Assembly (NCBI RefSeq): GCF_036321535.1
Contig: NC_087436.1
Location: forward strand, 117,430,001-117,494,000
Origin: Camelus dromedarius
Taxonomy: Eukaryota
DNA length: 64,000 nt
Reading direction: 5' to 3'
Made by a program: the position numbers and the translations under genes. Positions within the stretch are counted from its first letter, which is position 1; each line of letters starts with the position of its first letter. Of the stretch, positions 47,637 to 60,378 are shown piece after piece. The notes under the pieces are model-generated. The model saw only the letters and a program-made list of their open reading frames with translations, was not told the DNA's origin and ran no database searches.

Positions 47637-50600
47637 GTGGGAATACTTTTATTTATTGTTAATCGTTGGAAACCTGAAATCCACTGTTTATTTTTATTAC
47701 AGATAAGCCATACTTTTGGACTTGTGAGAAAAGCTTCTGACAAAATCTGTAACTTTTAACAGACTTCAGACTAAATCAGGAGAAAATAATTTTCAAGAAA
47801 ACAAATTTCTAGCTGATGAGGAGAAAATACCATTTTTTATAAGCATGTGAACTCTCACGGTACCTCCCCGTTCATCAAGGATGGGCCCAAGTTCTAGTAT
47901 ATTTCTCCTCCTCCGGGAATGATGTTCCCAGTAAACCATATGGAGCACCACCTGGGGCTGCAGATTGTGCTGGGCTGGATCCAAGAATGTCCTGATTCTT
48001 CCTGACACTGTAGGTGTTAGGATGTTGGATAAAAGACCAAACACTTTTCATGCCCTGCCTGCACTCCCTGTTAGCTGACCTCAGTTACGACCCTTTGCAC
48101 GTGTGCCCTCTCGCCCAGCCAGCATGCGTCGTGTCCTCCCACAGGCTGTGTACTGATCTGGGCACTAGACATAGAGAACCCTAGAGATGTAGTGTCTTAG
48201 AGGAAATGCTGAGCGTGGTCGAATGGCTGTGGGAACCTACTTCTGAAATGGAAGATAACGGGTCCCCTGCTGTGGGCTGGGCACTGGCATTGCAGAAGCT
48301 GCTCACAGGGGCTCGTGCGCAGCCCTGCAGAGGAAGCAGTCACCTACATCTGTTTTTACACACATGTGAGAATCTTGTAGTAACAGCGTGTGCAAGGGCT
48401 TTTGCACTGGGGAGGGGACTTCCGGGCTGGACCTTGGAGGACGCGAGCCCTCCAGTCTGGTGGGAGTTGGCCGGGCCGGCCCTGGGGGCACAGACAGAGT
48501 AAGGGAGCGCCCGCTCTGCACACGGCTCCTCCAGTTTCCCCTTCACCATTGCCCGCGCGCCACGACCTGCGATCTAATTACTGTCCCCTCTTCCTGCTCC
48601 CCTCGTGCAGTGATTCACCATGTCCTCACGTGTCCCTCTGCATTATTCATCCGAGCGGGGGCCGTGCACCCACTGGGTGTTCAGTAGGCTTCTGCTGAAC
48701 TGAGTGGAGCAGCCATCGCTCATCTGCCCCTCTTGCTGGGACCTGTGCTGCTTCATACCTGCCCCGCCTGTGGGTCAGAGCTCGGGCTCGAGGGCCAGAC
48801 AGTCTGGATTTGAATCCAGCCTCTGGTCTACTGCTCTGACCTTGGACAAGCTACCCAGCCTTTTGTCCCTGCGTTTCCTAGGCTGTAAATTGTGAGGAGT
48901 AACTGAGTTGATAGGATGAAGTCCTTAGAATCGGAGTGAGTGCTCAGGAGACATTATTGGTCCTTATCCTGTTGCTGTCGCCTCCTTCCTCTCATGTCTT
49001 CTGTCCCCCTCTGCGTTTGCAGACCAGTCTTCCTAAGGCAACCCCCTCCCCAAACCACCACCATTTTCATCTTACCAGCTTTGGTGTGGTGGGAAAGCAT
49101 AAAACCTAGATTAATGACCACTAATAATTAGCAATCACAACTTCTCTGGGCCTCATCTTTCTAATCCTTAAAATAGAGGTAATACCACCTCATGGGAATG
49201 TTAGGATTAAATGAAAAAATGGACGTGAAAGTCCTTTATACATTTAAATTCTGATTAACAATGTAGGTTCTTTTCTTTTCTTGCTTGGAACCCTTCTGTG
49301 ACCAAATGAAGTAAAACCAGACACCCAGGCACCCTGAGCCTGCCTTCAGCCCTCTCTCCTGGCGTTGATGCCGGGGCTCTCTCCCAGAGATTCCGACTCT
49401 CTTGGTTTGGGGTGGGGCTTAAGTGTTGATACTTTTGAAAAATTTTTTAAATTTTTAAAATGTTAAGTTTTAACTAGAGAGGCGATAGCAAATAGGAAAG
49501 GGTAGAAATAGAACATACATTTAGAAGTCCAAAGTTTTTTAAATATATATGTATGTGATATATATTTATATGATGTGTGTAATGTGTATGTTTATATAAT
49601 ATATACTGAGCTTATAGAAGCTCAAACAATTAAATCCATAAAGTCAGACTTATCACTCTGTTGTGAATACTTTTCATATCTGACGGGATCAGCTTCTCTG
49701 ATTTGAAGGGGTGGAGGTCTAGGAAGTTGATCTAATTTGCATCAAAATTTCAGATGAATTTTCAGTCTGTTTTCTTGTATATACGCTTCCAAGTTTTTAC
49801 TCCTTGAACAATATGTATTAATTCTGCTCCTACTTGATATTGGAGTTACAACAAATAGGGTGACGTTGGCAATATCCTTAGAAGAGCGAGTGGGGTGTCA
49901 CCTGGCTGAGAACTGTGGGCAGGCTTTTCCGAGGTTTGGTAGGTGTGCAGACGCTGCTTGGAAAGTAGGGCAGGATTGTGGTGAGAGCTGGGTCAAGAGC
50001 ATGTCCAGTAAACATTTATTGAATGCCTGCTATCTGTCAAGTAGGCGGTGGGGATAGCGCAGTTAGGAACACTAGTTAGAGAAGACGACATTGAGGTGAT
50101 GGGGACCAGGTCATGTAGCATCCTCTAGGCTATTATAAAGACTTTGAGTTTCCCTTTGGAGAGGAATGGAGAGCTACTAGATGGTTTTAGGCAGAGGAGT
50201 AACTTGGTCTAACTTAAGTTTTCCCAGGCTGACTGGCTGTTTTGCTGAGAGTGTACACTAAGGGTTAGGGCGTAAGCAGGCCGGAACGTTGGTTCCCTCT
50301 AACACAGTGATTCCGAGGGCAGCCTGCCCACTGCTTCAGACCAGGTCCTACACTTTCGCTGTGGGTCCTGCCAAGGGCCGCCCTGTCTGATAGGCACTAC
50401 AGAAGTCCTCTTCTTCCATGCGGGTGTCTGTATTTTTATCAGATTTTTATGAATGTAGAGTTACATATAGTACATATGATTACGTATATATGATTTTCAG
50501 TGCTGTTTTCTTTCATAGTGAAATGATGACATTTCTGTGAATAAGGACTCTTAAAAAACTTCATTCAACACGTATATATTGCAAGTCTACAGTGTCCAGG

Positions 50601-51774
50601 GAGCTCTGCCCTGTGTGGGGCACAAAGATGAATAAGGCTTCCAGGAGCTTATCTTTGTTTAAAGGAAGAAGCAGCTGTGTGAAGTGACAAAGTGCAGTGA
50701 AATGTTGGAAATGCCATGGCAGAAAGATGTACAGGGAATAATGCGGGCAAAGAGGAGAGGAGTCCTTTCTCTCTGAAAGCTGTGGTATTTGGGTGGGTGG
50801 GGACCTGGCATGTGTCAAGTGACTGCTTAGGGGAGCCGTGAAGACAGGAGGGCACCTGAGGAGCCTGGAAGCCCCTGGTATTCCAGGCAGAGGGAGCAGC
50901 GGTGGTGTCTACACAGGGACACTGTGTAAGCCACCCTTCAGCCCAAGCCAGCATCCGTTTCTCATATGAACTGGAATACATGTGGTACAATGACTGGGGT
51001 GTCCGATGTAGCTGCCAGACTGTTTGCTTTGGCAGAAGTGAGCTTGTATTTTCCCTTCTGGAAGATTCCAAGTTAGAAAACAGAGCTACCAAAGAGAATT
51101 AATCTTTTATGCTGTTTATTCAATTTAGTATTTAATAGGGTTAGTCTTTAAAAAAAAAATGTAGCCACAACCTTAATGCTGAGTCAGCAAGCAGTTGATA
51201 CATGAGAAAGGTACGCCAAGTCCAGGTTGTGACAACGGAACATACGTGTGTTAGCATAATCCTGGGCTCTGCACCTGCCTGGATCGCAGGAAGGAAGAGT
51301 CCTGCCGTACTTCAGAGTATGAACGAGGATCCATTTGGAGCCACGTGTCTCCCATGTGGAGTAGAACCTGGGCATCCAGAGGACAAAATAAGATGAGTGA
51401 CAGATCTGGAGTGCCTGTCACGTGAGAAACAGGAAAAGGGAAACTCAGCATATTTAGCTGTCTTTGGGAGAGGAATGGAGTTGTTTTGTCTCTCCAAGGT
51501 GGCAGAAATAGGAGCACTGAGCAGCTGCTGCAGAAGGATGAGTTCTGAGAGGCTCAGTGCCCTCCCAGCAGCTCCTGTGTTCAGGGCGTGGTGGGCAGGA
51601 TGCAGCATCCTGCAGGGGCCGCCGGGACGCATGGTTCCAGGGTGCTGATGTGGCCTGATGCCAGGGTGACAAAGTTTCACCCCATCCATGGTGAAAACGC
51701 AAAATATAAGATTTTTTTTTTTTAAAGGGAAGCAGGGAGATTAGAGTAAATGATCATTTGACTACTCAGCAGAA

Positions 51775-51866
51775 CTTTTTTTTTTAATGGAGGTACCAGG
51801 GATAGAACCCAGGACGTCGTGCATGCTAAGCATGTGCTCTACCGCTGAGCTGTACCCTCCCGCCAC
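51775..51866 (-). mobile_element. tRNA-Ala-derived camelid SINE (short-tail variant)
   Basis: ttttttaatggaggtaccagggatagaacccaggacgtcgtgcatgctaagcatgtgctctaccgctgagctgtaccctccc. Confidence 0.85.
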
Positions 51867-54795
51867 TGAATAAGAATATTTTCATGCACTTTCTTAAGTT
51901 ATTAAGTTTTCAACTCTGAGCTGATATTTCCCACACTGTCAAATGTCCTTTTATCAATGTAATGGTCAGTTTTTTAGGTGACATCTCTGTGTTAATATCT
52001 AGATTTTTTTTTTCTGTTTTAAACACTTAGAACACAAATGACTTTTAAGATCTGAGTTCCCTTTTATCTCTAAAATTTTCTGATTCCCTGTTTTCTTATA
52101 GAAACAATCAGTAGCCATTAGAAGAGTATTCTGAGAGAGAATTTATCCTTGGTTTGATCGTGTTTAAATACTGATGTTCAGGTACCTATCTGAGTGGGTT
52201 TGTTTTTTTAATTACTCGATAAATCAGGTGTTAGTTTCTTTTCTGCGACAGAGTTTTTCAGTCCAGAATTCTGACGACTCCATCCTGATTTAAAATGGTA
52301 TTGACTTAAAGGGAGTAGAACTTCCTTTACTGCTGGTACCTCGCTGCTGCCCGACAGCCGCGCAAGCTTGGAGTCGGCAGACAAAGCGGAGGCGGAGTAT
52401 TCCCGCCGGCTGTCGGGGCTGAGGCCGACTGCCGCCCAGCGCCTCTGTCTGCTTCCTGTACCGTGTGAAGCAGACTTTATGAGGACATTGTGATGACCGG
52501 AGCACTGTTCGCAAGTGCTTAGCAGAGGGCTTCATTCAGAGTGGGCTCTTCATAAATGAGATCTCCTGCTATTACCAGTGCTGGAGTCCTCTTGGACCCA
52601 GCGGTAGATCATTTCTAGGACTGTGTGCTTTCTAGTCTGTGTACTTAGGATATAATTAGCGATAAAGCATAGCAAAGTTTACCGAAAATAAAGACGCTTG
52701 ACCAAAGAGCACGTAATCTGAGCCCTAGTTCACAATGTAATTTGGTGTAAATTGTCTGAATATATTATTGGACTTGCCTAAATCATGTAATTACTTAATC
52801 TGTTTTTGTACCATGTATCAGACTATATGCTGCTTTATCTGGGGGAATGATAATTATTTTCATTACACATTTCCAACACTAAATAGCTAAAGAAACATTT
52901 TAAAGTTTGTTTTACAATTGCTTACTATAATATTAAGTGGAAGACCATTCAGTAAAATTTACTTTGGAAACAAGTCATTGTTATGCTTTATTTAAAAAGG
53001 AAATCTGCAACATTGCTGAGAATCTAATCAGAACGCATTTCAATCATAATACATAGTTCACAAGATAACTTGAAACAAGAGGGATCCAATTTAACAGCTG
53101 AGCAGATGGTGCTATTCGAATTGCTGAGCTTTTCTGAAATTTGTAAGTGACTGTTTTAAAACAGTCAGCGGTGCCTTATATTAACTGCCACGAGCTGCTT
53201 CCTGAGTGGCAGAGTGACTGTCGTGCTGAGAATTCAACACAAGCTAGTTTTTTCACAGAAACGTGCACGCCCTTCGTGTAAGACAAGAGTTTAAATCAGA
53301 CAAACCAGTGTTAATTCCTATCCATGTAACTTAGGGCAACCAATTTATTTCTCTGAATCTCAGTTTTACATCTGGAAAATAGAGATAACACTACTAATTT
53401 CTGAGGGCAAGTTGGTTATGTATGTAAAAGCCTGAGTAGACCAAATGTCTATTGCTGTTGACATTTGCTGTTTTATTATTGTTACTAATAATCATTCAGT
53501 TAAAAGCTGGGTATTTGCCAATGTTTTGCCAGATTCTTTCTCTTTGGTTATCTAAAATACACCAGTTTTTTTAAAAGCCATATTTATCATATTCTGAAAT
53601 GTTGTATCTAAGTTAGTGTGTCCCAGTCTGGTAGACGTAAAGAACCTTCCAAGTTACATAAATTCCACAGACAGCATCCTTTATACTGGCCACAGATGGA
53701 CATCAAACCCATCTTCAGACCTACAGCCACGAACTATCTTTGCATCTTGTTTAAAATATAGTTTGCAAATTTACAAAGCCACGTTTATGAGTCGGGTTTT
53801 ACTGTTCATGCTGGCTTTTTGGCTTATTTTGTGTGTGCTGCCTGCACATTATTGCCCTTGAGTATGTTCATCCTATTCAGTGTGGGGGTTTTGTAACAGA
53901 ATTAAGTATGGGACATGACAGTTTGAGACTATTAATTTAAATTACAGCTATGGAAGATTTTGTTTCCAAATCCTAATTTAACACATTTGCCAGTAGCGTT
54001 TTTAATATCTGAGGCATTTGCAGTTTTAATTTCACTGTACCTTAAGCAATTTCATTGATTTCCTGTCAATTAGTACCTGGAAATCTATTCTCTGGTCTTC
54101 ATTTAAATCAGTTAACCTTCATAAAGCCCTGCTAGTTTCACAGATTAGGAACATAAAAGGCCCGAAGCTGCAGGACGACTGTGAATCTCCTGGTTTGCAT
54201 TTTTGCACAGAGGTAAAAATGACCAGGCTGTCAGGCAGAACAACCATACTGCCGGAGGAAATAGTTTTGAGAAATGTCTCACCTTCTTTATGAACAAAAG
54301 CATGTTTTTAAGGAAGAAACAATGAATACTGAAATAACCAAGTACAAATGATACCTTTTTTTCAAATGATGTTTGCATATAGATGGTCCAGGTTAAAAAA
54401 AAATACAAAATAAAATATATCAAGAGCTGTTTAAACACAAGCTTAGCGACCCCTAAAGAAGTCCCCACGGTGTGTCAGGCACATTTAAGAGGGACACGGC
54501 ACCCCGCACACCTGAGATGGGCCAGGCCAGGGGCTGGCGTGGAGCGCAGAGCTGAGAGGCACCCCTGTTCAGCAGATTGCTTGCGAGTCGGGGGGATCCC
54601 TAAGGCCGAAGTGGGCTGGACCTCCATCTCCTCGCACGTGGCTCCTTCTGAGTTGTGCATCAGTAGTCTTCATTCTGAAGTAGGACTGGAACCTGGCTGA
54701 ATCTGTCAGTTTCCATTTTGAATTTGTATGCCCTGAAAAAAAAGAGAAAAAAAACCTTTCATTGTTGGCATGTTTTTGCTTTTCCTTTTTTGCAG

Positions 54796-54869
54796 GCGGG
54801 CAACTTGCAAACTCACTTGCGTCGGCATTCCGGAGAGAAGCCGTACATCTGCGAGATCTGCGGGAAGAG
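54796..54869 (+). CDS. ZBTB49: ZBTB49 coding exon 4
   Basis: ttttttgcag|...AG|gtcagt; 74 nt; encodes AGNLQTHLRRHSGEKPYICEICGK(R). Confidence 0.96.
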
Positions 54870-56332
54870 GTCAGTGCCGGCCTCGCTCACCCCGCGCAAG
54901 GAGCAGCCCTCGTCTCAGCGGCTTTGAAAGTCCGTGTTCCCTGAGCCACGGGGGGGCTCACTGCCTCACTAAGGAACACAGTAAAGCCAAACCCTCTGGC
55001 TTTTGATGTGATGCACATGAGAATAACCCAAAGAAGTGGAAATATTAATTAAAAGAATGAGAATCTAGGACACAAGTCTTAGGAAATGGGATTTTACAGG
55101 AAACAAAATTATTTTATACTAAAATTTCCATTCATTCCAAGAATGTCTGTTAAAATAGATGAGTGCCAGAGGTGACTGGTAGGGGAAATGAGACTTGCGG
55201 CCTGAACGCCTGGCCTTCAGGAGGGGGTGGTAGGAGGCACCCCAGCTGTGCACCCAGACCCATAAAGGGCTGTGAGTTCAGCCACAGGCAGGGTGGGCCA
55301 AGCCTGAGGGCCGGGGAGGGCTTAGACTTGGGAAGTGGGAATCGACCTGACTTACTCTGGAGGTGGAGAGCGGTCTGGAGAGATGGTCCCTGCAACGTGG
55401 ACCCCTGTCCCCTCACTGGGGGCCCTTGTCGAGAGTCCACAGCCTCGGTCACCTGATGGCCAGTCATTGTAGGACAGCAGGGAACAGCCAGGATTCTACC
55501 AGTCGCGTAGTGTTTTATTCATGTAACCATTCATTTGGCCAGCATTTATTAGGCACCTTCTGTATGCTAAGTGCTGTGATGGGAACAAAAACATAAACAG
55601 TACAGATTCTCTGTGTCTGATAAGTTTGCACTCAGGAGCTGGGGGATGGGACAGGAGTGGGACAGCTGTGGTCACAGTCCGCTGTGAGGACGCACAACAC
55701 CCTTGGTTCTGTTGTCTCTGCAGATGGTATAAAACAGAGAAGTAAAAGCTGCCTAGCCTCACATGTCACCCTTTCTGCCGTAGCCCCCTGGACACTGAAG
55801 ACCAAGTTTAGTGCCCAGGTCACATGTACTGCTTCCTGGAGATGCCTTGTAGCAGAAACTCCCTGCTGCTTGACTTGGGGTCCCTGAAAGTCTTGTTTTG
55901 CAGGGCACTTTAAATGTAAGCTTTCTGAACTCCCATTAAAAGTAAGGCATGCATTTCAAATCATGTCTGTATTGCAACATCTTCCCCCAAACACAACCTT
56001 TTACTCTCCTGTCGAGTGCGGTGGAAAGGAAAGAGCATAGGTTTCCATATTCGAGGATTGGGTTGATCATCTCGGAAGGGGAAAGGTTGATGAAAGTAGG
56101 GAGGAGAAAGGGTTTTAAGAGCAAAACACTTGGATCATTTTCTACTTTCCTTTAAAAAGAAGAGAAAAAAAGTAATTTTTAAAAATGCACATTTCAAATG
56201 AAATCAGGCCACTCCTGATTACATTCTGAAGTAACACAGGGAGAATTCATCTCCTCCCTCAGTGACTTGCAATTATAAAGATTTGCAGTAACTCAGAAAG
56301 GCTGTTAATTGAATTTCCAAATTACATTACAG

Positions 56333-56415
56333 GTTTGCAGCCTCTGGTGATGTCCAGCGTCACATAATTATTCACTCAGGAGAAAAACCACACTTGTGTG
56401 ACATCTGTGGTCGAG
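56333..56415 (+). CDS. ZBTB49: ZBTB49 coding exon 5
   Basis: acattacag|...GAG|gtagag; 83 nt; encodes FAASGDVQRHIIIHSGEKPHLCDICGR(G). Confidence 0.96.
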
Positions 56416-56507
56416 GTAGAGCTGAGCGTTTTCCTTTTCTTCCCTTGAAGATTTCTGATTAAGCTGTCCTCAGTCCTTCAGCTTAACACCTGCTCCGGTC
56501 TCCCCAG

Positions 56508-56669
56508 GGTTCAGCAACTTCAGTAACCTGAAGGAGCACAAGAAGACGCACACGGCCGACAAGGTATTCACCTGCGACGAGTGCGGGAAGTCTTTCAACA
56601 TGCAGAGGAAGCTGGTGAAGCACCGGGTCCGGCACACGGGGGAGCGGCCCTACAGCTGTTCCGCCTGCG
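56508..56669 (+). CDS. ZBTB49: ZBTB49 coding exon 6
   Basis: tctccccag|...GCG|gtgagt; 162 nt; encodes FSNFSNLKEHKKTHTADKVFTCDECGKSFNMQRKLVKHRVRHTGERPYSCSAC(G). Confidence 0.96.
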
Positions 56670-57829
56670 GTGAGTCCCCGCCCGCCGCAGGCCGGCGGTC
56701 ACCTGGCCGCCCCTGTGGGGAGGGCGCCCGTCTCTGCCCGCTCCGTCATGGGCTGTTCGGGTCCCAGATAAGCCATCCCTTTTCTCTTGGGTAAACTGGA
56801 AGTAATGCTGTTCCACTGCCCCCTTGGTCTTCTCTGATTTGTCTCCGTTCACGTAGCAGGCGTTGACTCAGTGTCTTCTGAGTCAACCAGGAACTGTCCT
56901 AGGTGCTCCGGATACAAAGATGACTGATACGGGGCCCCAGGTGCCGCGTGCTCCTGGTCTGGGCTGGCGGGGCACAGGCAGTTGGAAAAGTGGGGGAGAG
57001 CATCGTGGGTTTGAGACGGAGGGTTCTTGAGACCATGTATCATGAAGCCGAGGTTGTTTCTGAGGCATTTGACCCATCAGTGACATCATCAGGAAGGAAA
57101 GGGAAGGCTGGCAGCCCTCAGTCTCAGGGTTCATCCCTGCCCAGGTGAGGAAACTGGGACTGTGAGTTCAGCCTCCTGTTACGACGGTCACAGAGTGTTG
57201 GAGCCTCTGGAGAACTCAGGGAGTGTGTGCGTGTGTGCGTGCACAGGCATGTGTACACGTGACAGTGTGGGTTGAATCTCAGGTGAATGAGTGAGTGACC
57301 ATTGCTATGATTACTTGTTTGGAACAAATAGGAACAATGCTCAGAGTCAGGCAGCGAAGCCTGGAACTGGGGCACCCCTGGAGTGGCTCCTTCTCATGGT
57401 GATTGGTGTCTAAAGTAGGGCAGGACGTGTGGGAACTGGAGGCAGCTTTCTTTGTATCTCCCACTTAAATTGTATCTCGATCTCCTGGACACGAATGTCT
57501 GTCAGCACCTCCAGGACCATTCTGATCATCCTTAAAGGATAAAATTACATCACTTTAAATCACAATTACAGTCCCAAATCCTTAATTTAAAGTGTCAGTT
57601 CCAAATTATTGTTGTATCTGTGAACTGGAGTGCAGGTTCAGTGTTCTCGTCCCCTCCCAGCGGGGCCTGGCTGCCAGCCCAGACCCCCGCCGAGGAGGAG
57701 GCGCAGCAGGACCCCGTCTCCCATCCCCACGCTTGCACCCCTTCCCCCACCAACAACCAGGGTTTTGTTTTTGGGGCATCAGGGGAAGAGAGAAAGGGAG
57801 CGAGAGCGTTCTCACATGACCGGTTCAAG

Positions 57830-58195
57830 TCTTTTTAATAGCTTATTGAGATAAACCTCAGACTATAACATCTACCGTGCAGAGTGAACAGTTCGGCGGT
57901 TTCAGCGTATTCAGAGTTGTGCTTCCCTCACCACGATCGAACCTGAACGTTTTCATAGCCCAGAAGAGAAAGCCCACACCCAGCAGCAGTCACTCCACAC
58001 TCCCTCCCTGCAGCCCTGGGCAGCCGTCAGTCCACTTTCTGTGCCTATAGGTGTGCCTGTTCCAGACATTTCGTGTCAATGGAATCATATGATACGTGGT
58101 CTTTCGTAATTGTCTCCTTTCACTTAGCAAATTTGCTGTGGACACTCACGTGCAAGTTTATGCATGGGTGTATGTTTTCATTTTCCTGGGTTCAA
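57830..58195 (-). mobile_element. Old L1 (L1MB-like) 3' end
   Basis: tttttaatagcttattgagata...ttcagagttgtgc...agcagtcactcc...ctactttctgtg-like...tggaatcatatgatacgtggtcttt. Confidence 0.75.
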
Positions 58196-59495
58196 AAGAT
58201 AGTTTCCATTTTAAGGTGGCTTCATGTTCTGAGCTTTGCTGTGTTTGAAGCTTGTCTGTATCTCTCCTCTGCCTCCTCCCTCCCTCCTCCACCTCCCTCT
58301 CCCCTCCCTCCATCTCATCCCCCTGTCCCTGTCCCTGTCCCTCTGTTTCCAGCAGTTCATGCTTCTTCTAAGGCCAGCCCTAGACCCACTCCGTTCTCCT
58401 TCCCCAGCATTCAGCTGCACTTTCTAAGATGGAGAGGCGCTTTTTCTTCCAGCCCGACTTCTTAGACCTCTAGCCCTTAGTTTTGTAGCAGTTTACTCCA
58501 AGGAGACTTTCTCTGTTGGGGTCCCATCTGCACCTCAAAGCAGTCCTCTTAGGCTGGATTTCAAAAGGCTCCAGACTGGCTCACTGGCAAGCATGACCCC
58601 TGTCTGATCTGTGGAAATACCCATGGTCTGTGCTCCAGGGGGTCTGCAGGCCCACACCAGCACAGAGATGACCCTCCCCTCTCTGCCACCCATCCTGCAA
58701 GCCAGCTGTCTCCACTGGATTTTCCCCGCAGAAGGTGGGCGCTGCTTCACTGTGACCTCCTGATGGAGGGACAGAGGAGAGACACTTCCCATATCCCCTC
58801 TCTCTCCGTGGGAACTCTACTGTGGCTGAAATTGTACATATTAAGGAACCTGAAAGCAGTGATCACCTTTTGCCCAGTAATTCCACTGTTGAGAATTTAT
58901 CTTAAGGAAAAAAGGAAAAGAAGGATATTAATTGCACCTCAGATATAGGAGCAAACAATTAGAAGCAGCCCAAATAGCCCACCATTGTTTGACTAGGACT
59001 GGATGGCTGAGAATTCAAATATAGTGACATAGGAATGAGTGAGAAGTTCTAAAATGTGTCCCCGTAAATTGTATAGCTTGTTTCAGCCCTTTATAAATAT
59101 ATTATGACTTCCGTAAGGTTGCTGATTGGTTTTTCCTTTCTGATCTGCTAACCAACTCTAACGGCAGAACTAGATCCCCTGCTTCTATGATATATCCAGA
59201 AAAAGAAAAGGGAGCCTGGAGAAGGAGACATAAAATGATGTTGGGAGCTGGACACATTAGTATCTTTAGAAAAGATGCTTCTAAGTTATAGATTGGCTGT
59301 GTTAGATTTATGAAAATCTGAACAAAACTGACAGAGTTTCCCAGCATAGGTAGCAGGCCAGCGCCCTGGCCTACTCAGCAGGCACTCCCACGCAGGGCGG
59401 CCAGGGCTCGCATGAGGCACCAGATGAGGCTGCAGGTTGGAGGGGCTACAGCTGGAGAAGTGTGGACAAGTCTGGAATCCAGAGTGAGCAGGTGA

Positions 59496-60248
59496 TCGAT
59501 GCTGGAGAGGGCGTGGAGAAAAGGGAACCCTCCTACACTGGTGGTGGGAATGGAGTTTGATGTAGTCATTATGGAAAACAGTATGGAGATTCCTCAAAAG
59601 ACTAAAAATAGATCCAGCAATCCCACTCCTGGGCATATATCCAGAGGGAACCTTAATTCAAAAAGATACATGTACCCCAGTGTTCATAGCAGCACTATTT
59701 ACAATAGCCAAGACATGGAAGAAACCCAAATGTCCGTCAACAGATGACTGGATAAAGAAGCTGTGATATATTTATACAATGGAATACTACTTAGCCATAA
59801 AAAATGATAAAATAATGCCATTTGCAGCAACATGGATGGACCTGGAGATTGTCATTCTAAGTGAAGGAAGCAAGAAAAAGAAAAAGACCATATGATATCA
59901 CTCATATGTGGATATAAAAAAGAGACAAACGAACTTATTTACAAAACAAAAACAGACTCACAGACATAGAAAACTTATGGCTGTGGGGCGGGGAAGGGGG
60001 TGGTAAGGGATAATTGGGAGTTCAACATTTGCAGATACTAACTAATGTATATAAAATAGATAAACAAGAAGGTCCTGCTGTACAGCACAGAGAACTGTAT
60101 TCAGTATCTTGCAGTAACTTGTGAAAAAGAGTATGAAAACGAATATATGTATGTTCATGTGTGACTGAAGCACTGCATTATGCTGTACCGTAGAAATTGA
60201 CACATTGTAAACTGACTATACTTCAATAAATATATATATATATATATA
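59496..60248 (+). mobile_element. 5'-truncated artiodactyl-type L1 (end of ORF2 plus 3' UTR)
   Basis: atgctggagagggcgtggagaaaagggaaccctcctacactg...gcagcaacatggatggacctggag...actatacttcaataaa(ta)n. 16-bp TSD cagagtgagca(g/a)gtga at 59480-59495 and 60249-60264. Confidence 0.9.
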
Positions 60249-60378
60249 CAGAGTGAGCAAGTGACGCAGGGCCCAACTGAGTTCAAGTCAAAGCAGCGTG
60301 GGCCAGGGTTTAGCAGTTGGAGGAGGGGACTCCTTCCAGAATGTTCCCCGCTGAAAAGACCCCTTTTTCTTCCTCCAG

